Shown here: positions 20,735 to 30,752 of the stretch, piece after piece
How the letters are laid out: each line of letters opens with the position of its first letter
Numbering within the stretch: position 1 is the stretch's first letter
Assembly (NCBI GenBank): GCA_027053075.1
Contig: JALUEE010000033.1
Location: forward strand, 96,001 to 160,000
Length of the DNA: 64,000 nt
Origin: a candidate division WOR-3 bacterium
Lineage (GTDB): Bacteria; Hydrothermota; Hydrothermia; B15-G9; WFZT01
Direction of reading: 5' to 3'
The notes under the pieces: generated by a model
What the model was told of the DNA's origin: nothing
The model's input: only the letters and a program-made list of their open reading frames with translations
Database searches by the model: none
Program-made: the position numbers and the translations under genes

Positions 20735-21093
20735 TTCTTCTTCACAAAAAACTTTACGTCGGGACTGACACCCCAGTTGTCCCATACATCACTCGCTCTA
20801 AGGCTTAACGTGTGAGGCAGTGAATCAACAAGGCTGTCTGTGGTGAAAAACAGGCTATCCGTGTCTGAAGTGGATACGATGTTTCTTCCGTCCAGTATAA
20901 GGATGTAAGTCTTTATGGGCGATTTATCTTTTATCTCAAACTCAGGCCGCACTGTGTCAACACCAAGGGTATCGTTGTTTTTGGGGTAAGTCAGAACAAT
21001 CTCCGGAGGTGTTACGTCCGGTTTTCCCGGTGGAGGCGCCTTGTGGCCGCATGCGCCAGCGAAAAGTATGAAAACTAATGCCAGTCTTTTCAA
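20731..21093 (-). CDS. Lipoprotein with Ig-like domain
   Basis: Lipobox AGAC, then PPPGKPDVTPP and HTLSLRASDVWDN. Confidence 0.7.
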   Translation of the reverse strand: MKRLALVFILFAGACGHKAPPPGKPDVTPPEIVLTYPKNNDTLGVDTVRPEFEIKDKSPIKTYILILDGRNIVSTSDTDSLFFTTDSLVDSLPHTLSLRASDVWDNWGVSPDVKFFVKKK

Positions 21094-22607
21094 TATATCT
21101 TCACTCCTTTAACACCTGGAAAATAGTGACTGATAATGTCCTTCATTTTAAATCCATGCTCTGCAAGAATTCCAGCTCCCACCTGACACATCCCCACACC
21201 GTGCCCTGCCCCACCTCCTTTTATGACCACATCCACTATATCCCCTTTCTCATCCCTTTCATAATCAACGATGAAAAGAGAGCTTTTTAATCCCCCTAAA
21301 ATCCTCCTTATCCTGTACTCTCCCCTGACGTCCACACTCTTTTTTGTTCCCGTAAAGACAATCTCTGTAACCCTACCGGAAACTCCCCGTTTTACTGGAG
21401 TTATAGAGATGAGCTTTCCAATACCCTTACCTGTAAATTTTTTAACCCATTTTTCAACCTGCTTTCGCTGCAATTTTACTTCCCACCGGAAATTTTTCTC
21501 CACGTAGTGCATTATAACCGGGTTATCCGTCATGCGGCAAAAGATTGATTCAGGTGGGGATTCGACAAACATCCTTACTCCTAAGGGATCTTGCAGGTCA
21601 TAATCAAAGTTTCCATCCTTCACACCTCTTAGATATGGTATGCTCCCCGTATTCCAGATGTATGTGACATCCTCAGTGTGTCCTCCGCACGTGGAATGAT
21701 AAAAAACATCTGCAATCCTGTTATTGTAAAAAAGCACTATTCCCCTTGTTTTATCAACCATTGTATCTGAGACTTCGAATCTTTTTCCACCAAATGTCTG
21801 GGATAGGGGAGTTGATGTAAAATCAAAAGGTTGATAGCGGTAGAATTTGCCCAAATTGGCAAGTGTGAAGGTTCTTGCCACCACAGCCTGGGCTTTGAGA
21901 GCTTCCTCGGGAAATCCCACAGGCATCTCTGAGGGCAGCACGTGTTTTATGTAATCTTCCAGTTCACTCTTCAGCACGACAATTCCACGTGTTCCCGTGT
22001 CAAAAGTTACAGTAACTTCACCGCTTAAATTCTTGTATCCTGCAAAGGATATGGTTCCGCCCCGTGGCTTCAAAGTCACAGAATCATTTGCTGAGATAAC
22101 TCTATGTCCCTTCTCATCAAGGATTTCTACGACCCCATGTGGAGGATTAGCTGGCTCCGCATAGGGATGCTCAAGGTCTTTTTTACTCTTAAAAGGTCCT
22201 TTTAGTACGTAAAACTCCCGGTTATCCAGGGTGGTATTCCCAATTTTGAAGATGGTGCCTACATCGATAAAATAAACATCAGGGTCATGATGGTTTTGGA
22301 AGTACCGGTAGGCCGAATCGTAATTCGAGGTTTTAAATAGGGTCTCGTAGTATACCAATCTGGATTTCTTCCTGCGAGATATTTTCACAATATATTGGCC
22401 TGGTTTGAGCGTTACCTTTCCTGCAGAGTAGGAGCCATTAAGCACGAGGGGTAGTTCCTTTTCAAAGGCGTGTAGTTTTATTCTGACAAAAATTGGAGGG
22501 GATACGGTTTTCACTCTTCTTTCAGGGGGACGAGGTACAGGTTTCTTTACCATGATTCTCGAGCAAGAAGTGAAAATTAGTAAGGTGAGGAGAACCAGCT
22601 TCCTCAT
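21090..22607 (-). CDS. SpoIID/LytB domain lipoprotein (peptidoglycan lytic enzyme)
   Basis: EDYIKHVLPSEMP, EALKAQAVVARTF, YHSTCGG and GHGVGMCQ motifs. Confidence 0.92.
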   Translation of the reverse strand: MRKLVLLTLLIFTSCSRIMVKKPVPRPPERRVKTVSPPIFVRIKLHAFEKELPLVLNGSYSAGKVTLKPGQYIVKISRRKKSRLVYYETLFKTSNYDSAYRYFQNHHDPDVYFIDVGTIFKIGNTTLDNREFYVLKGPFKSKKDLEHPYAEPANPPHGVVEILDEKGHRVISANDSVTLKPRGGTISFAGYKNLSGEVTVTFDTGTRGIVVLKSELEDYIKHVLPSEMPVGFPEEALKAQAVVARTFTLANLGKFYRYQPFDFTSTPLSQTFGGKRFEVSDTMVDKTRGIVLFYNNRIADVFYHSTCGGHTEDVTYIWNTGSIPYLRGVKDGNFDYDLQDPLGVRMFVESPPESIFCRMTDNPVIMHYVEKNFRWEVKLQRKQVEKWVKKFTGKGIGKLISITPVKRGVSGRVTEIVFTGTKKSVDVRGEYRIRRILGGLKSSLFIVDYERDEKGDIVDVVIKGGGAGHGVGMCQVGAGILAEHGFKMKDIISHYFPGVKGVKIY

Positions 22608-23467
22608 CTTGTCAAAATATTGAGCCTATCCCGCGCCCTCGCTGCATATGGAGAACGTTTGTAAAATACGATGAGCTTTTCGTAGGTCTCGATGGCCTTA
22701 TCGTAATCACCCTGTTGCTCATAGGAGAGTCCCAGATAGAAGAGGGCATCGTCCATGATGGTGTATGGCTTGTTGAATTCAAGTACCTTTTTGAAATAGA
22801 CGATTGCCGAATCATAAATTTGGCTTTCGTAAAACATTTTACCGATCTGGAAGAGTGAGTTTCCGTAGATCCAGTCTCTCTCGGCAAATTTGGGATCAGC
22901 GGCATTTATCACTTCAAGCACGTCTGAGTATCTTCCCACGTTGTAAAGGCATTTTGCATAGGGGGCTGCCACATCCTGAAGGTCTCCGCCGCCCATGGAC
23001 AGGTAGTTTTCATAGTATTCAACAGCCTTTTTGCAGTCCCCTTTCTTGTAGTAATAGTCTCCAAGAATTTTAAACCGGTGTCCTATGTTGTAAAATGGGT
23101 CAAACTGAACAACTCTCTCGAGGGCGTAGATGGCAAGTCTTCTCTCACCTTTCGCCATTGCACTATCGGCAATTGCAAGAAGCAGGTTGATGTAATTTTT
23201 CTTGGTTTTACCGTATATAGACCTGTCCATGGTGTTCAAAGTCTTGAGAGCCTTGGTGTACTTCCCCCAGTTGAAATACACTCTGGCAAGCAAAATCTTA
23301 TACTTTGGGGATAGACCATTGGCCTCTTCCTGCTCCAGTATCAGGGACTCGGCCTTTCTATACTGATGCTGCTTAATTAACTTTTCTACCTTTGATTCCA
23401 CTGAGCCACCAAAGTTGCAAGCTCCGAATAATAATATCAAGAAGGGGATAATCCACGGTTTTTTCAT
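22604..23467 (-). CDS. Tetratricopeptide-repeat lipoprotein
   Basis: Lipobox FGAC and several TPR-like repeats (ALFYLGLSYEQQGDYDKAIETY). Confidence 0.85.
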   Translation of the reverse strand: MKKPWIIPFLILLFGACNFGGSVESKVEKLIKQHQYRKAESLILEQEEANGLSPKYKILLARVYFNWGKYTKALKTLNTMDRSIYGKTKKNYINLLLAIADSAMAKGERRLAIYALERVVQFDPFYNIGHRFKILGDYYYKKGDCKKAVEYYENYLSMGGGDLQDVAAPYAKCLYNVGRYSDVLEVINAADPKFAERDWIYGNSLFQIGKMFYESQIYDSAIVYFKKVLEFNKPYTIMDDALFYLGLSYEQQGDYDKAIETYEKLIVFYKRSPYAARARDRLNILTR

Positions 23468-23519
23468 GGATTTAATTATAATCTTTGACCTGAGGTTCTG
23501 AAAGTTGTAAATTTAACCT

Positions 23520-24257
23520 ATGTGCCAGATGAAGCTTGAAAAGGCTGGTTCGAATTTAATCGTATTTATCCACGGTTTCTTCGGGAATCTGGAAACGTTC
23601 AGACCACAGGGAGAATTTCTAAAAGAGTACGGATTTTCCTACGCCCTTGTTACCTACCCAAAGGTAGAATTCAGCCTGATTGACTTTGTGGACTGTGTCG
23701 TGGAGAAGCTACTGGACGTTGGAATGGAGAGATTCAGTGTCCTCGGCACCTCAATGGGTGGATTTGCGGCGCAGCTCCTCGCAGCGAGGTACAATTCCAG
23801 AATAGACTCTTTGATACTCTCCAACACATTCGCTTCAACGGCTGTTTTCAGGGAGAAAAACAAGTTTATCGCAATGATTGCCCCTTTGCTTCCCGAAGGC
23901 CTCATAAAATACTATCTGAAAAACGTGGTCAGAAAGGAGTATGGCAAGTACAAAGATGTGGGCAAGATTTTGCAACTGGTGGATAAAATTTCTAAAAAGG
24001 ATGTGCTTGTGAGGTTAAAGGCACTACTTTCCATTGAGGCTGTGGAATTTGAGAAAAATTTCCCGGTCGCAGTTTTAGACTCAGCCGATGATGTCACCAT
24101 TCCAGAAGATGTTAAGTCTGAGCTGAGATTCAAGGCGAGACCTGATTTTGAATACACCTTCAAGTTCGGGGGACACTTCCCCTATATTTTCAATCGCAGC
24201 GAATACAACAGCATACTTTTGAACTTTTTAAAAGAAGTCTACTCTCTGGATATTTGA
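23520..24257 (+). CDS. Alpha/beta hydrolase
   Basis: FIHGF, GTSMGG nucleophile elbow, GGHFPY. Confidence 0.88.
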   Translation: MCQMKLEKAGSNLIVFIHGFFGNLETFRPQGEFLKEYGFSYALVTYPKVEFSLIDFVDCVVEKLLDVGMERFSVLGTSMGGFAAQLLAARYNSRIDSLILSNTFASTAVFREKNKFIAMIAPLLPEGLIKYYLKNVVRKEYGKYKDVGKILQLVDKISKKDVLVRLKALLSIEAVEFEKNFPVAVLDSADDVTIPEDVKSELRFKARPDFEYTFKFGGHFPYIFNRSEYNSILLNFLKEVYSLDI

Positions 24258-24766
24258 GAGCGAATCTTCTCGATCATTTTGCGGTGAGTCGAGAAGGGAA
24301 TCTCCGGAATTTTGTCAATGGGGAAGAATTTTGCATCAGCCGCATCGTCGCCTGCCCGGAGTTTGCCACCTGTAACGTTCAATCTGTATCCAATGGAAAT
24401 AATCCAGCGGTATTTCGTACTGCTTTGTCCATAAATCCCTATGATATCCTTTACTTCACCTTCCAGGCCTGTCTCCTCCCGAAGCTCGCGCTTTGCGGTT
24501 TCCTCTGGCTGTTCCCCGATCTCCATGTATCCAGATGGAAGGGCCCACATACCTTCAGCCGGTGGTACCCCACGCTTCACAAGTAGTATCTCGTTTTTCT
24601 CGTTCAAAACCACACAGGCCACAACGGGGACCGGATTTTCCCAGATCACCATCTCACACTTGGGACAGTAGAGATGCTCCTTACCCTCAACAACCTTCTT
24701 CTCAAGGCGTGTGCCACACAGTGGACAGAATCTAAAGGGGTAAAATGGCTTTATTTTCTTCTCCAT
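24239..24766 (-). CDS. NUDIX hydrolase with N-terminal zinc ribbon
   Basis: FCPLCG..CPKC and Nudix box GYMEIGEQPEETAKRELREETG. Confidence 0.93.
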   Translation of the reverse strand: MEKKIKPFYPFRFCPLCGTRLEKKVVEGKEHLYCPKCEMVIWENPVPVVACVVLNEKNEILLVKRGVPPAEGMWALPSGYMEIGEQPEETAKRELREETGLEGEVKDIIGIYGQSSTKYRWIISIGYRLNVTGGKLRAGDDAADAKFFPIDKIPEIPFSTHRKMIEKIRSQISRE

Positions 24767-24966
24767 GCTAAATAGCATAAATCCCGAAAGTAGCTACATC
24801 AATGGTGGAATTGAGCTTGTCCGAAAATTTTGTTTTCAAAACCTCTAAGAAGCTGGTCGTAATCTCGCAAATCATTGTAAACCAAGCTGGAAAATTCTTA
24901 ATCACGCATACTGAGAATTTTCTGCAGAAACCGGTGAGCCTGGAGAGTTCAATGGGGATTTTGATC

Positions 24967-25303
24967 AAGCTTGTTCGAAAAATCTTAAATTTTAGTTACC
25001 ACCTTATTCGTCGAATCTTCGTAACCTCAACGATAATCACAGACAAGTCGGTAAATTTCCCCTCCTTCCAAAGGAAGGAGGGGTTAGGGGAGAATGGAAA
25101 AAATAAATGAACCTTATGTTTTACCGACTATAATTTCTCCATTCTACCACGACCCTCCCTTCCACAGGTAAGGGAGGGAGTTTCGCTACTTGTCATATCA
25201 AAACTAAAAAAATCTTGGATTACTTAATTTTTAGCATTACTTTTCATCTCACTCCACTCGCACCGCACAAAATTATAAACGGGGGATATTTTCGAACAGA
25301 CTT
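24967..25303. mobile_element. MITE-like element, family A copy 1
   Basis: Ends AAGCTTGTTCGAAAA and TTTTCGAACAGACTT; two internal inverted REP-like hairpins; the core is an inverted homologue of 41453-41626. Confidence 0.7.
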
Positions 25304-25560
25304 GATTTGGGGTTTACTTTTTGTGGCTTTCCTGTATAATTTGGCATAATAAGCGATAAAAAGTGTTGTTCATTGAAATCAGTCCTTTTGGGAAGGTTAT
25401 TGAAGTGCACATGGGGGTTACCTCCTTTTTCAGAATGGAGATTTTTGTTAGGAAAGAAGTATGTTGGGAGGTAGCCCCTGATGATAATTATGGAATTTTT
25501 GGGAAGCAATATATTTCCGAGTAGATTTTTGATGAATATCAGAAATTTGAGGAGGGAAAG

Positions 25561-26013
25561 ATGGAGAAAGGTAAAAGGGCTGATTATTATTGGTACATTG
25601 GTGGATTGGTATTTTTCTCACTTCTCGCCATTTTTCTTTTAATTGAGAGACTCAATTTCATAGCGGGATCACTTATTGCGACTATCCTGATAAACAGCTT
25701 GCTGTTCTGGTTGTATAAAATTTTCTCTCCCAACAGGGGTGACCTTCGTAAAGTAGGTTTATTTTCTCTCGGATTGGGGATCGTTCTCGGATTGATAAAT
25801 TATGAATTCTTGAGACTCATCTCACTATCCTGGGATATCTATCTCACAGGAGCTCTGGTGCTTTTCCCCATGTTGATAGCAGTTATCCATACATATATAG
25901 AACTTGGTGCTGGAATCGGTCCAGGCCTGGTGCTGAAGCGTGTGATAATTTCTTCTATCTTTATTGACCTATCCTTTCTTGGAGCAATTTGGGGATTGAA
26001 AATTGCGATTTAA
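25561..26013 (+). CDS. Hypothetical membrane protein
   Basis: Strong SD (GGAGG), about five hydrophobic segments, downstream hairpin. Confidence 0.7.
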   Translation: MEKGKRADYYWYIGGLVFFSLLAIFLLIERLNFIAGSLIATILINSLLFWLYKIFSPNRGDLRKVGLFSLGLGIVLGLINYEFLRLISLSWDIYLTGALVLFPMLIAVIHTYIELGAGIGPGLVLKRVIISSIFIDLSFLGAIWGLKIAI

Positions 26014-26058
26014 GGTTTGGTGGGGCGGGCCGCCGAAGGCGGCCCGCCCCACCAAACC
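26014..26058. terminator. 21-bp perfect hairpin between convergent genes
   Basis: GGTTTGGTGGGGCGGGCCGCC-GAA-GGCGGCCCGCCCCACCAAACC. Confidence 0.75.
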
Positions 26059-26085
26059 AATTAACTTACCACTTCAAAAACACTT

Positions 26086-28086
26086 TCACCTCAATTTGAT
26101 AACTTTCCCTTCTATGGTTTTGTTCAAGCCATAAAAGTAAATTCCCTGTGGAGCTGGTTTACCGTTTTCGTCCCTTCCATCCCATTCAGCATGTCCATTT
26201 TTGATGGGAATTTCTCTCACGAGCCTGCCTGAGACGTCCAGAATCCGGATTTTTCCCGATTTGATATTTGAAGGTGTGAGGAAACTTAATCTATTAGAAA
26301 ATGGATTGGGAAATGCAGAAATAGTGAGAATATGTGAAGGCGAAATGTGTTCGGATACACCTACGTTTAATCCAAGCCACTGCAATACACGTCTTAATAC
26401 AACTGTTCTTCCCGCATAGGTTGGTGGCAATTCACCGAGTCCCTCTATCCCAAAGCTAAAGAAGACCACCTTATAAGCTCCACTATATCTCACACCTGCG
26501 ATTGAGTCAGTGTAGCCATTGTATGTAAACACCGGGTATGCATCTGCAGTGGGTTGTATTACATCCTTTGAAGTCTGGTTCATTGCGCTATTTGGACCAG
26601 ATGTAACAAGGCTCAGGCTGTTCCCTATAGGGTCGCCGTTCACACCATTTATGAATATACCGGCAAAATTTGGAGCCACGAAGCTTGCGTGCAAATAATT
26701 GGATAAAAATGAATTACCAGCGATGTTCTCTGCTATGTTCTGGCCTGTGATAAAGAGATTACCTCCCTGATTTAGATACGCGGTTAAAACGTTTATCTCA
26801 CCATTTGTCAATGAATTTGTAGTACTGTTGCCCGTGAACCACAGGACATACGGGTAATTTGCCAGCCAATCGGCAGTAACATTACCTTCACTGACTTGAT
26901 CCCACCTGTCATATATCGTTAATATCGAATCGAGATTGGGATATATGAAGTCCTCATAATGGTCACCTTCATCATCGTCAATGACTATAAGTTGCGGGAA
27001 ACCGATTTCAAGGGATATCGGTATGTCAATTGTATAGTTCTGTGCCTCGATGTGCAGATTAAAGCTGGCTATGTGCACTTCTGCATTTGAGCTGACATTT
27101 ATAACAAATGGATCTGATGAATTGTCAGCACTGCTTCCTGATGGAATGTCAGGGTAACTGGAAACGGAGTCAACTACATTAACCGATGGGTCTGTGGTGC
27201 TTAAATATGCGGTAACGTTATTGGCATCCTGATAGTAATTCTCGTTGGCAATGGTGATTATGATATTAGCATTTTCACCAGGTTCAACACGGCCATTGTT
27301 GTTCCCTGCTGAGTCATCAACCCGAAGGCCGGCAACATAAAGATTGGGATGGTTAATGGTAATGTGGCTGCCTGTAACCTGCAAAATTGCCTTTGTATTG
27401 TCATCCTGGAGAAACACTAAAAATTCACAGTTGGGAATTACCCACAACGTATCAACAGTAAAGGCCTGAGTATCAACTACGACCTGACCCGAATCAATTG
27501 AAATAGGTGTGCCATTTACATTTGGCAGCATGTCACGGAAGACATAATTGTGAACGCGCTCACCGTTTGGTGATGTGAAGTGAATATTAGACTCCACAAT
27601 TGCATACCTCAATTTTAAGTTGTTGTAGTTCACAGCTCTATCTGCCTCTATTGTGGTTATCATGTATCCAGTTCGATGTGCATCATCATAGTTAATTTCA
27701 AGTGTAAGGTTGATTGGTGTTACACTCCCCAGTTCGTTTAGTGTTAAGTTTTCCCAGGTTGAATACTGGTATCTTCCGTCAATGTTTCCGTTCACAAACA
27801 GATGAGGAGTGTAATTAACACCATAGTAGTTTATCCTCGCTCTGTTTTCCGAAATGTTGTATAAGTAAAATGGGTCACTGCTGTTTGGCCACCAGGCGTG
27901 ATATTTTATACCGTAGACACCACTACTTCCGTGGCGAGCTATTATTGTGTCAAACTCCGCATCAGCAGGGGGACAGGATGGGCAACCATTATTGGTCACT
28001 TCTTCAAGTAAAACGTGCTTCGTGTAACCTGAAAGTGTCCCAATCACCAGGATTGGTAAAAAGATTTTATACAGCAAACTCCTCAT
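26086..28086 (-). CDS. Omp28-related thioredoxin-fold secreted protein with T9SS-type CTD
   Basis: VLLEEVT..GCPSC, YHAWWP..DPFY, YYGV..TP, HNYVFRD; C-terminal FPNPF..ILDVSGRLV..WDGRD..GIYF. Confidence 0.85.
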   Translation of the reverse strand: MRSLLYKIFLPILVIGTLSGYTKHVLLEEVTNNGCPSCPPADAEFDTIIARHGSSGVYGIKYHAWWPNSSDPFYLYNISENRARINYYGVNYTPHLFVNGNIDGRYQYSTWENLTLNELGSVTPINLTLEINYDDAHRTGYMITTIEADRAVNYNNLKLRYAIVESNIHFTSPNGERVHNYVFRDMLPNVNGTPISIDSGQVVVDTQAFTVDTLWVIPNCEFLVFLQDDNTKAILQVTGSHITINHPNLYVAGLRVDDSAGNNNGRVEPGENANIIITIANENYYQDANNVTAYLSTTDPSVNVVDSVSSYPDIPSGSSADNSSDPFVINVSSNAEVHIASFNLHIEAQNYTIDIPISLEIGFPQLIVIDDDEGDHYEDFIYPNLDSILTIYDRWDQVSEGNVTADWLANYPYVLWFTGNSTTNSLTNGEINVLTAYLNQGGNLFITGQNIAENIAGNSFLSNYLHASFVAPNFAGIFINGVNGDPIGNSLSLVTSGPNSAMNQTSKDVIQPTADAYPVFTYNGYTDSIAGVRYSGAYKVVFFSFGIEGLGELPPTYAGRTVVLRRVLQWLGLNVGVSEHISPSHILTISAFPNPFSNRLSFLTPSNIKSGKIRILDVSGRLVREIPIKNGHAEWDGRDENGKPAPQGIYFYGLNKTIEGKVIKLR

Positions 28087-28653
28087 ATTTTGTACCTCCT
28101 TTGTCTGAAAAGTTTTTTGCTACTGGGACTTTAAATTCTAATGCTTTAAAAAGCCACTTTGTCTTTGTAAAACTATCAAAACCTACAAAGACATCCGAGG
28201 ACGTCTCGAAGAGATCAGCTGTTTCTATGGCTCCAATATTCTCATTTTCTATGCCCTTGTTTGGTTTAATGGTTGTATCTATGCCCTGGTAAGCAGAAAT
28301 ATTGTGATCTTGCCTATGTATTTGTGTTTTGCACGGGTTGCAAGTTACAGGTGGGAATAAGGGGATGGAAAAGGGCGTCAGGATAAACATGAAAAGGTTG
28401 TTGGAGCGTAGTCGTTTGAAAAGAAAGTCGAAAAATATTTCCTCTTTATCGAGCCGAATAAATCTGGTGTATTCCACCCTGATATTTTAATTGGCCAATA
28501 TATGCCGTGCAACAATTTCGGGTTTAATGAGCACCAATTGACATGCGCGGAAGTTGTAGATATATACTCGCCCCAGGATATGCCCATGGAATATAATCCT
28601 CCTTTCTATTTTCCCTCATAATTCGCACATGATGTTAAGTAGAATCCACCTTA

Positions 28654-28687
28654 AATAGTTGACCGTTTTAGTCAACTATTGTATAAT
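28654..28687 (+). promoter_or_regulatory. suf promoter overlapped by an IscR/Rrf2-type operator
   Basis: TTGACC-17-TATAAT (28659-28687) with the palindrome AATAGTTGAC-N7-GTCAACTATT (28654-28680). Confidence 0.85.
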
Positions 28688-28720
28688 GACATCTCATGAA
28701 TTTATAGTGGAGGTGCGAAA

Positions 28721-29449
28721 ATGAGCGAATTTCGCGTGGAAAATCTTTTTGTTAAACCCAAAGAGGCAGATGAGATAACCATCAAAGGTGTGGATCTTTC
28801 TGTAAAGAGTGGTGAGCTCCATGTGATTATGGGGCCAAACGGAAGTGGAAAAACTACACTTTCCCTTGGCATCATGGGAAGTGAGAGATACGAGATTGTT
28901 GACGGCAGAATATTTCTTGATGGAGAAGATATCACCAGTATGCCCATGGAGGAACGTGCCCTGAAGGGTCTTTTTATTGCGTATCAGGCCCCTCCTGAAA
29001 TCCGGTCTGTTAATTTCCTCACCTTCCTCCGCGAAAGCCTGAAAATCAGAGGCAAGAACGGAGACGATTCTATCATCAAACGAGCGTTTGCAAGGGTGGG
29101 ACTGGATGATGATTTCCTTGACAGAGAACTCTATGTTGGATTTTCAGGTGGAGAGCGCAAGAGGGGAGAAATGGCTCAGCTACTGCTTTTCCATCCCAAG
29201 TTTGCCATCCTCGATGAACCTGACACAGGGGTTGATGTTGATTCCATGAGGCTTATTGCAGGGACCATAAACGAGGCCCTTGAGAAGGGCACTGGTATTG
29301 TACTCATTACACACTATGCCCGTATCCTCGAGCTACTCCCGGACGACTACCATGTTCACGTGCTGATAGGTGGTAAGTTCAGGGCTCACGGTGGACCTGA
29401 CCTTGCAAGGTCTATTGAGAAATCGGGCTTCGAGGGGTTTGGCTCATGA
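28721..29449 (+). CDS. sufC: Fe-S cluster assembly ATPase SufC
   Basis: GPNGSGKT, AYQAPPEI, GFSGGERKR, LDEPDTGVD and ITHY motifs. Confidence 0.93.
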   Translation: MSEFRVENLFVKPKEADEITIKGVDLSVKSGELHVIMGPNGSGKTTLSLGIMGSERYEIVDGRIFLDGEDITSMPMEERALKGLFIAYQAPPEIRSVNFLTFLRESLKIRGKNGDDSIIKRAFARVGLDDDFLDRELYVGFSGGERKRGEMAQLLLFHPKFAILDEPDTGVDVDSMRLIAGTINEALEKGTGIVLITHYARILELLPDDYHVHVLIGGKFRAHGGPDLARSIEKSGFEGFGS

Positions 29450-30750
29450 GGAATTTTGCAAGAAAGGTCGGAGAGTTCAACAACGATCCGGAATGGGTGA
29501 TAAAAATCAGGGAAGACGCAGAGAAATACATTGATACTGCTCCTTATCCCCCTTTTCTGCCGATTCTCGATCTTTCAAATTTCAATCCTCTGAAGCAGGA
29601 TGCCCCAATAGAAATCCCCGAGATCAAAAGTCTTGATGACCTGCCAGAGAATATCAGAGAACTTCTTAAAAAAATGGGTGTTCCCGAGTACGAGTGGGCT
29701 AAAGTGCTTGGACTCCTGCAGGTTGATGAAACAAGCTCCACCTCCTCTTTTAAAGACTACTTTGAAAAGATGGGCCTTGAAGTTCTCCCGATGTCAGAGG
29801 CGCTTAGGCGGTACGACTGGCTTCAGGATTACGCATTCAAACTGATGCCATATAAGGAGAACAAGTATGTAGCTTATCACACGGCTTACTGGAGTGGAGG
29901 GGCATTTATCAGGGTCAAGAAAGGAGTTAAAGTAAAGATTCCCGTGCATGCCTATTTCCTCATTACAGAAGGTGCACTTGCCCAGGCAGACCACGCTTTT
30001 GTACTTGCCGAGGAGGATTCAGAGGTCACATTCATTGAAGGATGTACAGCTCCACCACTGGCGAGGTTTTCTGCCCATATGGGGGCAACTGAAATATACG
30101 TTAAAAAGGGCGCGAAGGTCAGAGGAATTGTGCTTCAGAACTGGCCCCATTACGTCCACACGAGACCGTTTACGCATGCTCTGGTAGAAGAGGAAGGGGA
30201 ACTTCATGTGGTTACCGCTGTTTTGGGTAATGGTGCATCGGCAGGCAGGTATGAGCTAATAGATGTCGTTGGAAAAGGCGGTAAGGCTGTTGTAGAAAGC
30301 ATAACTTTTACAAAAAAAGAGGAAGTTCTTGGCGACTATATCCACATTAACCTCAAGGCACCGGATACCTCAGGTTTGATAATAACTAAGGGAGTGACAA
30401 GGGACCACGGCCAGAATACATCAGCCACAGTTATTAAAGCTGATAAGAATGCAAAAAATGCGAGGGGTCACATTGAGTGTGCGGGACTCCTTCTAACTCC
30501 TGGTGGCAAGCATGAAACCTACCCTGTGCTTTCATCCGAGCTTGGCAGTGTTCACCTTGATCACGAGGCTTATGTTGGCAGAATATCCGAAGAGGCGCTC
30601 GAATACATGAAATCAAGAGGGTTCACAGAAGAGGCGGCAGTAACATTACTCCTTAGAGGTTATATCCAGCCCATATTGAAGCACATTCCATTTGAATACG
30701 TGATGGAAATTATGAGAATCGCAGAAATGGTTGCTTCCGGGGAGGCGTGA
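29446..30750 (+). CDS. sufB: Fe-S cluster assembly protein SufB
   Basis: WSGGAFI, IEGCTAP, LQNW, HIECAGL, HEAYVGRI and YMKSRG motifs. Confidence 0.88.
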   Translation: MRNFARKVGEFNNDPEWVIKIREDAEKYIDTAPYPPFLPILDLSNFNPLKQDAPIEIPEIKSLDDLPENIRELLKKMGVPEYEWAKVLGLLQVDETSSTSSFKDYFEKMGLEVLPMSEALRRYDWLQDYAFKLMPYKENKYVAYHTAYWSGGAFIRVKKGVKVKIPVHAYFLITEGALAQADHAFVLAEEDSEVTFIEGCTAPPLARFSAHMGATEIYVKKGAKVRGIVLQNWPHYVHTRPFTHALVEEEGELHVVTAVLGNGASAGRYELIDVVGKGGKAVVESITFTKKEEVLGDYIHINLKAPDTSGLIITKGVTRDHGQNTSATVIKADKNAKNARGHIECAGLLLTPGGKHETYPVLSSELGSVHLDHEAYVGRISEEALEYMKSRGFTEEAAVTLLLRGYIQPILKHIPFEYVMEIMRIAEMVASGEA

Positions 30751-30752
30751 CG

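Noticed and set aside
24768..25509. ORFs 24768-24968, 24802-25110 and 25273-25509
   Set aside because: They run across MITE ends and hairpins and are probably chance ORFs
27960..28000. Selenocysteine in the Omp28-like redox motif
   Set aside because: Both positions are Cys codons and the ORF is uninterrupted
28067..28587. ORFs 28067-28477 and 28378-28587
   Set aside because: No recognisable motifs or convincing starts; cannot be supported as genes
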